Origin: Octopus vulgaris
Taxonomy: Eukaryota
Reading direction: 5' to 3'
NCBI GenBank assembly: GCA_951406725.2
Contig: OX597838.1
Span: 310,001-374,000 of the forward strand
Length of the DNA: 64,000 bases
In this document: positions 1 to 14,309 of the stretch, in pieces
Layout: each line of letters begins with the position of its first letter
Numbering within the stretch: position 1 is the first letter of the stretch
The notes under the pieces: generated by a model
Databases searched by the model: none
What the model saw: only the letters and a program-made list of their open reading frames with translations
What the model was told of the DNA's origin: nothing
Position numbers and translations under genes: made by a program

Positions 1-937
1 TCAGGATTAGCTATGATTATTTGCAAAAGCTATCAAAAAATCTGGGAATGTCTGGGTTCTTTTATTCCTTCAACTTAAGCTTACCCCGCTTGTAACCTTC
101 ACCAGCTGCAATGGCCAGTTCCCCACTTCCCTCTGCACTTTACTGTTCACTGCCTTGCTTTTCTTTTGCTTGATTTTAAAGCCAGAAATTAGAAAGTGTT
201 GAAAGTCGAACACCATGTTATGACACTCTGTGCATCGAGGATAGGAAGCACCTTCTACATTATGCACGCATTTGTTTTATGTTTCCAAAGTATTCCATTT
301 TCCAAACAGTGTGTTTTTTTTTTGTTTTGTTCTTAAAACTGACTCCTTTTCTGTTGCTTCAAAAGTTTTGTTTTTTTTGTTTACAATGAGCAACTTCAGC
401 ACAAATATAAAAAACAATGTAATCTTATGAATCTCTCCATGCAACTTAAATGTAGAACCCACAAGAAGCATTTTTTGCTCTGATTTAAAGTAACTTCCAT
501 CTAATTAGTAACACTAATTAAAGACCACTTTCACCCAGTTATCAACAGTGCAAAATTGCTAATCAGATTCAAGTTCATTTTGTAAATGCTTAAAAAAATG
601 TCTGAAGAATTATATTGAGTACATTTAGGGGGGATACTTTGGAAAAACACTCCGGAAGCCAAATGTGATTGTATCCTCAATTAATCTGTTGCTAATGTTG
701 TGCATTAATATAAGGTCAATCTAGTGAAACTATTTAGTGCCCAATTGATCTATGTAACCAGGATCAGCTGGAAGCTTAAAATTCGCTGCCCATGAAATTG
801 TGAAAAGTCATCAGTATTGAAAATATTCTTTAGGTGAAATGCCATCTGATGATTGCAATTCAATGAAGAACTTGAAGTACTTTAAAAGTACTCAACTATA
901 AATCAACACACACATCTATAAAGCCTGTAGATATGAG

Positions 938-982
<45 letters not shown>

Positions 983-1086
983 CACACATATATGTATAAT
1001 ACACGCACACACATATATATATATATATATGCACATAATTATGAACTACAAAATATCTCTCTATATAAATGTGTTTTTTATTTTAG

Positions 1087-1245
1087 CTGTTGAAACATAT
1101 CCATCAGACTTTTCCCTGCCAGAATACCTGAAGGCACACAATCACATTCCTGCTGAACTGTCAGCTCAAGATTTGGACATTTTCCTTCTAATTGGTGGTA
1201 TCCGGTCAGTAAAGGACCCCCTCTACCTAACAGATATATTTTCAG
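1087..1245 (+). CDS. GLT1D1: GLT1D1-like glycosyltransferase, internal exon (upstream exons lie outside the window)
   Basis: ttttag|...TTCAG|gtttg. Encodes VETYPSDFSLPEYLK...IFLLIGGIRSVKDPLYLTDIFS. Phase is compatible with the next exon. Confidence 0.75.
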
Positions 1246-1929
1246 GTTTGTTGAGTACCCACCTCCCATCTTTCTTTAACATTTCTTTGATGGTGTAAAC
1301 ATTTAAAACAATGTAAGATAGTGCAGTGCAGTGGTATTGGTGTAGTAGAGGTGTTAGTAGTGGTAGATGCTCTGAAAAGTGGAGAGAGACCATCAGAGGA
1401 ATAAGGCTCTCTCGTAAAGACCGCTGATGTGCAACATAGGAGAGTAAACTTGTATGGTGCATTACAGTGCTGTTGAAATCACTGATGTTCACTGTTATTT
1501 AGCCCCGTGCTAAGCTTGATCCAACAGACCTATAATCAAAGGCATTCCATTGGCAATCGCTCTACATTTTCTGCAGGAACTTCAGGGCCATGTTACTGAG
1601 CATTTTTTTTAAGAATGTAGGACGTGATGGGAAGGAAATTTAGTTGTTACTTCTGATATTCCTTATGTTGGCTCAGTTGCTGGGGATGTGAAACCCCTAG
1701 GTGTAAACGGGGTTTTGTTGAATGAAAACATTGAATCTTAAACCCAACAGAATAACAAATATATTTGCTTGATCGTCTTTAAATTTTAATCTTGTCTGTT
1801 CCAGTGGCTCACTCCCTCACTTAATAACAATGAAGAGGAAGAGGTTAATTTGTGTAATTAAGAGCTTCTTTAAAACATTTATCTCGGAATTATTCCAATC
1901 TAATAATTATAATTACCTTGTACTTACAG

Positions 1930-1979
1930 AATGGCACAGAGAACATAGAACGTGTTTCTTTGTTATCATCGGTCCCAAG
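1930..1979 (+). CDS. GLT1D1: GLT1D1-like exon
   Basis: ttacag|AATGG...CCCAAG|gtgagt. Encodes EWHREHRTCFFVIIGPK. Confidence 0.75.
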
Positions 1980-4100
1980 GTGAGTATTTCACTCAAACAA
2001 ATATTGTTTTTAATTCTGAATTACATTAGATCCAAATGTAATTAACCCTGTTGACTTGTTTCTTTCTTGTAAAGACTCGTCATTAGCTCCCGAGTTTACA
2101 TTGTTGATGGTGAAATAGATGAAGGGGCATAACTCAGTGCTGAGCCATTACTAAAAAGCTTTCTGCCTCAGTTCACAGAATTTTTCATATCCTTTATTGA
2201 TATATATTAACAATAAGACAGACAGACAGTTTCTGTCTATTAAATTTCTCTCACGACGTATTGGTAGAAGATGGGTGGTTGAGCAGGACAGCTGGTTGGT
2301 TTCTGTCAATAAAATTTCTCCTACTGTTGGCCAACATAAATCAATGGAAGAAGACACTTGTCCGCAGTGCAGTCCACTGGGATTGAACCTCGAACCCTGT
2401 GGGCGTGAAGCCAAACAGATTAACCCCACAGCCATGCTTGTGCCTCTCTTTAAAAGCGTTCGTCTAATTTTCATTCCTATGTGTTTGTCAGTCTCTGCGC
2501 TTCCCTTCCTTTTCTCAATACTAACTTTAAAGTATTGTTGAGATGAATTTCATTTATACATAAAATGGTATACAATAAAAATAATAATGATTTTGACACA
2601 AGGCCAGCTATTTCGGGGGAAAGGATATGTCGATTGCATTGACCCCAGTGTGTAACTGGTATTTATTGTCTCAACCTCAGAAGGATGAAAAGCAACGTTG
2701 ACCTTGGCAGAATTTGAAATCACTATGTAAAGATGGACAGACAAAATGCCACTCGACATTTTGACCAGCATCTTAACAACTCTGCCAGCTTGTTGCCTTA
2801 ATAATATTGAATAATAATAATAATAATACTTATTATTAATACAAAGGTGGCGGACAAAATGCTAAGGAGCATTTTGTCTGTCTTTACGTTCTGAGTTCAA
2901 ATTCCACCAAGGTTGATTTTACCTTTCATCCTTTTGGGGTCAATAAATTACCAGTTGAGTACTGAGGTTGATTTGATCGGCTGTCCCTCTCTCCACAAAA
3001 TCCAGGCCTTGTGCCTATAGTAGAAAAGATTATTATAACTGAGTGAGAGAGCAGTGCATGCCATCAAAGTGACATTGGGGTAAAATATATAAAACCCAGT
3101 GTTCCCACCATGACTACCCGTCTGATAAAAGTACATCATGCACATGCATCACAACAATATGTGCATGCCATAGTGATCTCATATCATGATAAACAGTGCA
3201 TGACCTTGCAGGTGGGGCCCAGTTAGAATTTTCTTCAGGTCGAGTAACCCATCCTGCTCAAATGGTCCCTGAATAAAGGTTGTTTAAAAGTGTTGAACAA
3301 AACAGCCATGTTTCCAAAGGTGAATTATCCAAACCACAAAGAATTCTTCTTAACACATGGCTATGATGCTCCCCCATTACTTCTCCTCCTGATTAGAGAT
3401 GCACATATCGTCAGCCACTAAGGGACATGCTCAACTGGTTGAGGTCAAACAACTGACAAGTAAATCTGTAGTATTGAACAGAATATTTGCTGTAGCCCAT
3501 CTTTTATACCAAGACAAAACAATGTACATGATAACAGTTCCAATCAGTTAAGATCAGAAACCATGGGAGCCACTGCCTGGCACTGCATTATTATTTCCAA
3601 TACAAAGCCAACAATTTGTAAAGGACTTGATACAGTTGGCCTCAGTGCTTGACTGGTTCTTTATTTCATCACTGCCTGAAGGAATGAATGACAAAGTTGA
3701 CCTCTGCAGAATTTGAAGTTCGAATATAAAGAAATGGAAGAAATATTTTGAAGCATTCATTGCAGTTCTTCAAGTTTTACTGAATTCAGCTCTGAGTTTA
3801 AATCCCACAGGGACATCTTTTTAAAATACCAATCCACAATAAAAAAAAGACTGATGGAATTGTAAATGTTGGAGAGGATTTCTTGTCTTCTGTTTTCTGA
3901 CATTTTGCATTCTGAATTCAGATTCTTCCTTCGATAATCCAATTGTCCCTGGTCAGATCAAATTTAAAGCCTCAACTGCTGCCATCTTTACATGAACCTG
4001 AATCCTGACACCTTCCCACTTTTATAATAAATAAAACATGCTCCCCACCTAATGTTTTAATGGCTACAAATTTTACTTGAAACAATTTCTTACTTTATAG

Positions 4101-4144
4101 ATTGAAGATTGTTATTATGAAAAGTTCCTGAAGAAAATCCAAAC
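4101..4144 (+). CDS. GLT1D1: GLT1D1-like exon
   Basis: ttatag|ATTGAA...CAAAC|gtaagt. Encodes IEDCYYEKFLKKIQ(T). Phases fit both neighbours. Confidence 0.7.
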
Positions 4145-4440
4145 GTAAGTTATTTGACTCCTCTTCCTGTCTCACTTCCTCCTTTGTTTAGTTATACAGA
4201 TGTAATGTTGCCCCCTCCACCTCATTTCCATCAATATTCTGGGTTGATAAACAGATATACTCTTTATGGTTAATTAATTACCACCAAATAATGACTCTAA
4301 CAAGAACCAATATCAAATGGAAGCGAAACTGAAAAATGGTTGTAAAATAGAAAAATACAACACTTGGTTTAATGCCTTTGTTGACTGAAGAATTAATCCC
4401 CCAAAATAGCATTATTGAAGATAAGAACTTTTAAAAAGTA

Positions 4441-5798
4441 TCTTATATATTAAAAGGCAAGTTGTCTGTCTGTGTGTTGTGTGAACCACTTCTACTCCTA
4501 CAATTTTCAACCGAATTTCACCAATTTTGACATGTGTGCTCTCTTTGATTTAGGACACTTTTTCTTATTTTTTCCTCAAAATTCCACACCCTCAATATAA
4601 ATAGACTACTCTCAATTTGCCTAGGATTAGGTTTGAGCCAGCAAAAAAGCATGACACACACTCAGCTCTTATCAACTGCTTGCACAGTACTGCCAGCAGT
4701 ATACATCTGCGAGTTATGATTTACTTGTTTTCATGTGAGCGCTCTTTTTCATATAATTATTCCAACTTAAACTAGCCACTTCAAAACTTACTCAAAATTA
4801 AAAATCCTTGATTCGGTGTTTGATTAACATTTTTGCCAACTACATTTTACTATTTTTTGGGTGCTAGACATTTACCGCTTTTTCCTTAGGACTTTTTATA
4901 TTGCGTAAACTGATAATTTTCCACCATGCCTCAACACAAAAGATCCAATAGAGGTCGAGAAACAAATGCTGCAAAGGAAAGTAAACGTGTGCATGCAAAT
5001 GAATCTGCCGAGGACGCCACCGGGAGGAACTCTCTCAATGCACTTAGAATGGCTTCAGCACGAAGAAGGGAAAGTGAAGAGCAGCTTTGTAATTGGTTTG
5101 CACATATTGCAGTGCAGTGAGCAACCCAGAGCAATGAGCAATGTTCAGCACGCCGAACAAGAAATCCTTCCTCTACTGCTGCTACACGAGCTTCAGAGAC
5201 TGCAGCACAATGTGCAGATCGACTTACAACAGATACTGCTGCATGCGCTACAGAGACTACAGGGGAAAGACAACAATGATGGGAGGCTACAACTCAGCGA
5301 AGGGTTGCGTGATGTTCCTACTCAAGGCCATGCTCCTTGCATTGGTCAATGACAGCATTCAACTATGATCCTACAATTGACTCCAATAATCACCCTGATG
5401 TTCAAATAGGCTGCATGTCCACAATCTGCCAATTTTGCAGAGCTAAAAAGTGGCCTGGAGAAACTCCCAGCATGTGCTGCTCCAACGGTAAGATTACAGT
5501 ACCTCTTCTACAAGATCCTCCACCCCTTTTGACAGGGGCATCTCCTTATTCTCATGACTTTCTCAAGCAGAAACATGCCTACAACTGCGCGCTCCAAATT
5601 ACTTCCTTTGGTGCCAATATCATACAAGATGGGCATTTCATGCCTTTAAAGTACAGGGGCAGATTTACCATAGAATTGGTTCCCTGCAGCTGCATGATGC
5701 TGCCTCGCCTCAGTTTCTTCAGCTCTACTTCGTGGGAGACTACGCTGACCAGGCATACTTAACAAACAGCCCTGGGCAACTCTGGGTACGGCTGCTAG
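4441..5798 (+). mobile_element. Internally deleted Helitron
   Basis: A|TCTTATATAT...hairpin CAGCC..GGCTG-CTAG|T. Carries a frameshifted RepHel N-terminal remnant (CQFCRAKKWPGETPSMCCSNGK...YNCALQITSFGA). Confidence 0.88.
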
Positions 5799-6267
5799 TT
5801 ACCTATAAAACTGAAGGCAAACATTTTAATAACCAACCCACCTAAATCTGTTTATTTCAGTGAAAATCTCATAACATGAATGTTAACTTGATATTTCAAT
5901 TGGTTGACACCAATTCTACAGAATCCAGTCAAGAAATGGATTGGTTAGAGAAGCGACAAGCAAATTTCCTTTTTTTGCGCATTTTCTGATTTTCATTCAA
6001 ATCGTGTGCTATCCATTTGTTGAGCTTTTTTGATTTTCCAATCACATGCAAATGGTTGCAGGCAGTTTTCTGGTTAACTTGAAGTTCTTTTGCCAGTTCT
6101 TGAGTGGTTTTACGTGGATCTTTAATTGACTGTCATCAATGATAGATGGGTGTCCACTACATTCACGATCTTCAAGGCTCAGGTCTCCACTGCAGAATCA
6201 TTTAAACCATTTTCGAGCTGACCACTCACTGGTCATTTCCTCATCAAATGTTTTGTTGCTATCATGA

Positions 6268-6435
6268 GCAGGAGTGGCTGTGTGGTAAGTAGCTTGTTTA
6301 CCAACCACATGGTTCCGGGTTCAGTCCTACTGCGTGGCACCTTGGGTAAGTGTCTTCTACTATAGCCTCGGGCCGACCAAAGCCTTGTGAGTGGATTTGG
6401 TAGACAGAAACTGAAAGAAGCCCGTCGTATATATG

Positions 6436-6466
<31 letters not shown>

Positions 6467-6660
6467 CTGTGTTTGTCACCCTAGCATTGCTTGACAACCG
6501 ATGCTGGTGTGTTTATGTCCCCGTTACTTAGCAGTTCGGCAAAAGAGACCGATAGAATAAGTACTGGGCTTACAAAAGAATAAGTCCCGGGGTAGAGTTG
6601 CTCGATTAAAGGCGGTGCTCCAGCATGGCCACAGTCAAATGACTGAAACAAGTAAAAGAG
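6268..6660 (+). mobile_element. tRNA-derived SINE (family A)
   Basis: A-box-like GTGGCTGTGTGG and B-box-like GGTTCAGTCC, central microsatellite, tail ...GACTGAAACAAGTAAAAGAG. Other copies at about 9470-9830, 47930-48290, 59115-59345, 61405-61730 and 63900-64000. Confidence 0.8.
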
Positions 6661-7150
6661 AGTATGAGTTTCACCGCTGTTTTACATCCTTTTTTGAAGT
6701 TGAATAGCAAAATTGATCGAATATCGCACTGAGTTCCATTTCAGATGATTGTAACAACAGTAAAAAAAATATATCAATGTTAATTTGTTGATGCATTTGG
6801 GCAAGTCTGTGTCTGTCAGGCAATTGCAAAAGAAAAATCAAAATTCTGCAAAAATCCAGTACAAATTCTTCATGATTCAAAATGTTGCTTACTTTTCACT
6901 CACCCTGATAATTGAGAATTCCTACATCTACCTCTATTTCCTCTTCTTTAAATACTGATGAATGTGATCTTGTTATTGATCAAAAAAAGGCCTCAATTCC
7001 TTCGCACTTCAACTCATAGCTCCTCCTTCACCCAGCCCCTTCTACATTTCTTCCTTTCATTATCCCAAACCCTCTCCATCCTTATCTGTACCCAACACCA
7101 TTCTAACTCTATCACCCTGCCCTTGTTATCTCTTATCTTATAAACTACAG

Positions 7151-7271
7151 GTTACCTGGAGTAGTCTACATAAACGGTCTCATTCCATCTGACACTCATG
7201 CTTCAATAGAACAAAGTTGTGCTGTGGTCAACTCTTCCCTCAGCGAAGGAATGTCAACAGCCATTTTGGAG
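7151..7271 (+). CDS. GLT1D1: GLT1D1-like exon with the GT-B/GT4 E-x7-E motif
   Basis: ctacag|G...TTGGAG|gtgaat. Encodes LPGVVYINGL...AVVNSSLSEGMSTAILE. Confidence 0.85.
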
Positions 7272-8789
7272 GTGAATTCTCTTTCTTTTTTTACTGCTAC
7301 TATTGCTTTTGATGGGGAAGTATCCATTCATTTGCAGTGGGGGGGAGGGGTAGATAGCCTTGCTGCCAGCAGACTCCAACCGATCCTGAGATGGAAGACA
7401 TTCCATTTCGTACATCTAGAATTTCATTAAGCAATGTATCTTTTTTTACAATGGTAGGATGTAATTTCATGGAATTCACCTGTTATTTCTAGCAGGTTGC
7501 CTGTGTAGATGTTCCCTCATTGACAAAGGTACCCAGTGTCATTACTGTGTGGCCAACTCGACAAGTGGCCTCCATTTAAAGCCACTTCCCTTTTGTTGTT
7601 AATGTCTTTGAAACAAGCATGAATTTCATCGATACAGAATGTGTATAATCAAAAGGAAACGGAATATTCGAGCCCACAGCATTAAGATCTACCCTAACCC
7701 CTAATCACAACACAGCCATGTATCAGAGGTGATGGAGGTTATCATCATCATCACCTCATCATGTCGCTCTGTCTCAGTCTCTCCTCAATGACTTATTTCC
7801 CAGTGAAACTGTTTCCTTGAGTCCCAAATACCTTCAGCCATCAAAGCCAAAGGAATTGACACAAGAGCCTCATGACTCAAATACCTTCTGCCCTTGGGCT
7901 TCATTCATTTCTTGTGAGCAAGCCTCTATATGGTCACTCAGTCTGCTAGAAATAACAAATAAATCTCCTTCAAACAACATGTTCGTAAAAAAGGGGATGG
8001 ACATTGGATAGCAGTTGTAAATACCTGTAAAGCCACTGGATGGTCATGACAGGAATACTGTTTGATCATAAGTCTGTTCAATGAGGGCTGACCTGGGGTT
8101 AAGCAACAACGACCTTCTGAACAAGTGACCCCTGGCCAACCAATACACTTCTTGTCTCTCCTCATCATCTTTCATTCATCTGATTTACTCTAATTCTTGT
8201 CCTCCAGAAATGTTTTTGTGTCTACATTTTCCCCAAGGTAATCTCATCAGTCCAGTTAGCCCTACAAAAAACTATGGGCATGTCCCTTTTCATTAACAGG
8301 TATAAAACCAGTCATTGAGCAGTCTTCAACAACAATTCTGTACATTTTTTTCTTTTTTTTTTTGATAAGTCAGAAAAGAAAGGCTAGCACCTTTGACCTG
8401 TTATACTTTTAGGGGTTCCAACACTGGTGGAAGGCAGGAAGTTATCATCAAACCAAAGATTTCTTTTGAATGCATGTAACAGTAATCTCCATTGAACACA
8501 GTCACAGGGTGGGGGTGATTGGAACAATTACTGCCATACATTTCATCCAGTACTTATTTTCCACCAATCCACTGCCCTGGGTTGGTTCTTTATTGGAAGA
8601 AAACACTTTCTCCTCCACTCCAACAAATCTACCAGTTTACCACCAACAAAAATATAATTGTGGACAAATACTTAAATTATGAATGGCTTTATTACTTTTA
8701 TTTCAGTAAATGTGTAACAAATCCATTATTTCTGTCATTCAAAACCCATACTCTCCCAAACACCATTTTCTTTTTTTATCAAATTTAAG

Positions 8790-8888
8790 GCAATGCAACT
8801 TGGCACTCCAGTGATTGCTCGCAACATTCCTGGCAATTCTGCTATTCTCCAGGATGGTAAATCTGCTCTTCTTTATAATACACCGCAG
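8790..8888 (+). CDS. GLT1D1: GLT1D1-like exon
   Basis: tttaag|GCAATG...CCGCAG|gtcagt. Encodes AMQLGTPVIARNIPGNSAILQDGKSALLYNTPQ, typical of the Glycos_transf_1 domain. Confidence 0.85.
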
Positions 8889-10693
8889 GTCAGTATTACT
8901 TTTGGTTTGCTTAATTTTTGTTATGAAAATACATACATACATATGTATGTGCAGACTGAAAAGTGAGGAGGATGTTGTTACATAACATTAAGGCTGCAAT
9001 CATTTTGATTGGCTGGAAGAACTATTTCATTACTATACACTGGTTTGAATGCTTAATTAGTTAATTGATCAATTAATTAATTAAGCAGTTGACCATCAAC
9101 TAATACCTTTCAAACCTTAAAGCTCTGATAGATTTTCAGTTTGCAAACATCAAGAGCTGCCCATCCCAGTGGTTCAATGGATGTATATGACTGACTTATC
9201 AAATTACCTTCTTTGCCAAATTCCGTCAGTGACAGGGGAAAATGTCGTGTTTTAAAAGAATGAATTTAGAGAAAAAGAAACTTTTATATATCCACTATTA
9301 TAATTGGAGATTTGAAACTAAATGAAGAAATGGAGGGGCAGTTCTATCGGATGTGTAATAAATGTATCTAGAAAATTGTCAATCATTTCCTACTTCTAAC
9401 ACTATTAGATTTACTTCAGACAAATTCAAATTTTCTCAGTATTTTCATTAAGAATGTAACAAATATTGTCAGTAGGAGTGATAAGTAGCTTGCTTACCAA
9501 CCACATGGTTCCAGTTTCAGTCCCACTGCATGGCACCTTGGGAAAGTGTCTTCTACTATGGCCTTGGGCCAACCAAAGCCTTGTGAATGGATTTGGTAGA
9601 CGGAAACTGAAAGAAACCTGTCATGTATATGTTTGTGTGTCTGTGTTTGCCCCCCCCCCCACATCCCTTGACAACCGATGCTGGTGTGTTTATGTCACTG
9701 TTTGGCAAAAGAGACCAATAGAATAAGTAGTAGGCTTAGAAAGAATAAGTCCTGGGGTCAATTTGCTTGACTAAAGGCGGTGCTCCAGCATAGCCACAGT
9801 GAAATGACTGAAACAAGTAAAAGAGAGTATATGCTGCTGCCCTAGCTAAAGCATCATTATGACATTCCATTTTCTGTAAGAAAATCGAAGAAGGTAATTT
9901 GATAAGTCAGTTATCAACAACCTCAACCGACCGAATTATTAGGATGGACAATTCTTGAGGTTTGTAATTGCTACTGGAAATTCAGCTTCTTCCACTGTTA
10001 TAGGTTTGCCAGAAACTCTGAAGACTTTCCATAACTTTAGGATCTGATGAGAATTATTTGAGGATTAATTAATTCATTGATTGATTATACATTGAAATCA
10101 TTGTATAACAAGAAAATATTTCCTCTAGCCATTCAAAATGATCAAAAACCTTGAACAAAATTAACATTTTCATTTTTGAGTCTCTGATTACCGTTCTGCA
10201 ATTAATGCACCAACCGAGAACTGGAACCCATTCCCAGATTTCTCATTTCACATTCTGTCAGCCAGATTTTTCACATCAAATACTGATTGATGTAGTTCAC
10301 TTCAGTCCCTATTTTCTATCAAGATATAAAATGTGTATATATGAGTACATATATATAACATAAAGGTAAGCTGACTGGGATATATAATGTGTATGTATAT
10401 ACATATTTATATCGTGCATATAGCTTATGGTGTTACAGTAAACTGACTCTTTGGTGCATTTTAGTAGAATGCACTCAGTCAAATGGAACCAGCTAAGTAT
10501 TCTGTCTAAAGAGAACTTACTTTGTTTCTTCCATCTGTCTTGGAGACTCAGAAAATGCTAACAGACACTGTCCTTTTAATTTGAAAATAATTTTTAAATG
10601 TTGTGTCTTTTCAAAGTATATTTTTAAATAATTCTGATCTAATATCAAAAGGTGAATTCTTCAGTGAATAACTTCATTATTGCTTTTTTGCAG

Positions 10694-10855
10694 GAGTTCT
10701 TGGAAAAAGCCAAACTATTACTTTGTGATCCAACTTTATACAATGAAATTGTGATTGCAGCAAAACAGAGCATTGAGACATGCCATAATTTAGAAGAGGA
10801 AGGAAGATCCTACACAATGGTAGTACATGACCTTTTGTCTAAGATCCATCACTGA
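10694..10855 (+). CDS. GLT1D1: GLT1D1-like terminal coding exon
   Basis: ttgcag|GAGTTC...CACTGA. Encodes EFLEKAKLLLCDPTLYNEIV...HH*. Confidence 0.75.
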   Translation, partial: EFLEKAKLLLCDPTLYNEIVIAAKQSIETCHNLEEEGRSYTMVVHDLLSKIHH

Positions 10856-12772
10856 GTCTTTAAAAAAAAAGTATCTAAGTTTTTTTTCTACATTTATGGA
10901 AAAGCTTTAGAAAGTTTTAAAATATCTAATATAGTGTGAAAATTCATTTTCTAGTTTTCATTGGAGACTAATAATCGTTAAAAGAATGATAGCAAAGATA
11001 ACTAAACACTTCTCTTGGTCATTAAATTAGTTTTAAATTTTAGTGTTTTTCACTGAGGTTACACAGATAACATTATACAGAACTATCACCTCCAAATAGG
11101 ATTATTAAATTACATATATTATGGAAGTTTCATGGCAATAAAAATATTTATCCCTCCCACCAATTTTTTTCTTTCTAGAATTTAAAGGGATCTTGAAAGA
11201 CAATCATGATAATTTCCTATTTTCCCCTCCTCTGTAAATCTAGTGGAAAAAAAAAAAAAAGACACACAGGGGCAGAAAGGACAAAGTAAACTTTATAGTG
11301 ACTAGTCCTTTCTCTTGAGGTTCTGAGTTCAATTTCTTCTTGGATCAATGTTGTCTCAAAACAATGAACCGAATTGATTCCACCCAATTTGTTTGAAATG
11401 TGAGGAGTATCTTGATATTTGCAGTTCTTGCGAATTAAACTTCTTTTTTTTTTTGATGTCTTATATAATTGATTGGATTTAATAAAATTTTACTGAAATG
11501 TGAAACTATTTTAGTCTTCTACCTTTCCCTTTCATACACCCTCCACTTTTTCTATTGATCCTCCACACAGAAATGTTGCCGAACCCATTGTCAATATTTG
11601 CCCCCCATTTCTGTTTTTCAGAGATAATCTTAACATCTGTAATCTTCATGAATCCACCTCTGTATATAGTGATACCACTATGCCATACTTAGCAATATCA
11701 CAGTGTGATAACCAAAATATATTGATATAGCTATACATATGTCTTATATCCAGTATCTAATGTGTAACATTATTAGTTCCTCCGATTAGATCAGCCACCA
11801 CAAATGAGACAGTTATAGGAACTGAAAGGTAGAGGTAAATTTATGAAGAGTGATGTGACACGAGGACTAATTGAACCCGCAACATCCATGCTGATTACGA
11901 AGCATTTCAAGTATTGGTAAGCACCATTTATAATTAGGGGGGGTCCCCCATTTCATGAAGTATATTCCAACACAAATAGAATGTTGTTTAACTGAGTTGT
12001 TACATGGAGGGACAGAAAACGAATTAAAAATACCTTTTTGCATCAATACAAGATCACAAGAGTGAAATCAACACCAGTATATTACTGGTACTTATCTTTA
12101 TATAAACCCAACAGAATCTCAGAATGTAAAATAGTTTCTAGCATTTGCACAAAGTCATAATTATATTGACCCCAGTATTCTGCTGTTGTTCACTACTTTA
12201 AGAAGGATAAACAGCAAAGTGAAGAATAGGAACATCAAAGAAAAGAATTCAATTTCAGAGACACAGCATTCTTCACTCCATTTTATCTTCTCTTCAATAA
12301 TAAAGACACAACAACATGTTTTGAAGGAAAGAATGGTCAATTGTATAAAACGAAGTACTTCATAGGTACTTTATTTCATCAACCCCAAAAGGAAGAAAGG
12401 TAAAATTGACCTCAGCAGAATTTGAACTTGGAACACAAAGAGCCAGAAGAAATACTGCAAAGCATTTTGTCAGCTGCTCCAAGAATTCTGTTCAGTCCAC
12501 TGCCCCCCCCCACTTCTCACTAATAACAATAAATCAAACTCAGTTTGGACGTTTCTTTATATATATATATTGATAAATATATATATTTATATTTTTTCTT
12601 GCATGTGATATAGTATTTTTTTCAATTTGAAATCTGTGATAATGCAAGAAGAATCACATTTTGGCAACAAAATGGCAAATGCTGCCAGGTGGAGAGAGAG
12701 AGAAAGAGGGCAGCTCAAAGTTCAGCAAGTGATACCTTGTGGCAGTGGCATGGATGGATCTTGAAACATTTG

Positions 12773-12817
12773 TCACTTCTTCTGTTCTCCGAGATCATCA
12801 ATATTGTCTTCATCAAT
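12773..12817 (-). CDS. DENR: Density-regulated protein DENR, last coding exon
   Basis: ttag|ATTGAT...AAGTGA. Encodes IDEDNIDDLGEQKK*, matching the DENR C-terminus. Confidence 0.9.
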   Translation of the reverse strand: MDEDNIDDLGEQKK

Positions 12818-14309
12818 CTAACAGAAGAAATAATAATAAACAAAATATAAGAAAAAAGCATAGCATACATGATTCTGATGATATCTCCTCAAACAGGGCT
12901 AAAACAACACGAGATCTGCTCATTCATTCAACCTCAGCAACTTCCCATACAAAACTCTTTAAATCTGTTGCTTAAACCTATTCTTTTGGACTGATTTAAT
13001 TTAAATTGTGAGTCACAGTTGGCCGATTCTCAATGTCAGCCTATTAAACACCAATACAGCACCCTCAGGGGTCAAAAAAACCCATTTTTATTAGTCCACA
13101 GTAGAAATGTAGTGAAACTATGTAATTAAATTGTTGGAATAAAATCTTTTGTGAGTGTAGGCCACAGATGTAACTGATATAATGCAACAATAAGAAGAAA
13201 CAGGCTTTACAAGATACAATCATTATGGTGGTATCCATTCCTGCCAAAGATGGGGGTCTTTGATGGTGACCCTTAAAACCAAATAATTGACAAGACAGAC
13301 CATGGCTCGGCTTGTTATCTAATTCTCCAAACACAAATATTAAGGACAACAAGTGCCTTAATCACATTATGAACAATATTTGGGATAAAGACACAACCTT
13401 GCAAAATGGTGCTAAAAATAGAATCTATAATAAGAATAGGCAATGGTAGACTGCAACAGAATATGGCGTTTGTTGTTCATGAAAGATCAGTTGGTGAATA
13501 TTGATTGATCATTCTAAAGAGACACTTTTACATCAACAGTGAACATTTACATTATTGTTAAAGTTAAATACAACACTGTGGACTTGATAGATGGAAACTA
13601 AAAGAAGCCTGTTGTATATTGTGCGTATGTATATATGTGTGTGTGTGTGTCTGTCTGTTCTGACATTGTACAATAGTTTTCAAGGAGTGTCACCTTCACA
13701 CAAGCCATCTTGTTTCCAATCTTCCCTGAAAACATGTCTGGTAATGAAGGAAATATTACATTGCTTGGAAACAAATAAGGGCATTTATCCATAGAAAATT
13801 TGTCTCAGCAAATTCCATCCAACCCATGCAAGCATGGAAAAGTGGATGTTAAAACAATGAATATATATATTAAGTGCAAGCTGCTCAAAGAGGAGAGAAT
13901 TCGTTGGAAAAGGAAACATACGAAGACAAAGGATGAAGTGGTGAAGACTGACCACAGAATATTGCCACTCAGGAAGATTTATAGGTTCAGAAGGACTGGC
14001 AACACAGAGGGCTTGGGAAACCATAGACACCGGTGCAAGGAAGACAAAGCAAATATTAAAATAGTGGCTGAGGTCACCTGCTCAACCTGTGATACACTGA
14101 TGATGAAGAGCCAAAGACCCTTCATTGTAAAGTGGTTGGTGATAGAAAGAGTAAAAAGACATTAACCATGCAGAAAGGAAAAACCACTGATATTCACTAA
14201 GATAAAGGGTTTACTCTGTCGCTAGATAAGACAGATGTTGAAGGACCATCCCATAAAACAAGCATCTCACGATGTTTATAATTCCACCCAGACAGACAAA
14301 GTCACTCAC

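Noticed and set aside
70-471. Short ORFs here and most other entries in the ORF track
   Set aside because: They lack splice context and homology, and derive from microsatellites, SINEs or chance.
6268-6345. tRNA genes
   Set aside because: These are tRNA-like SINE heads without a complete cloverleaf. The same applies to the other SINE copies.
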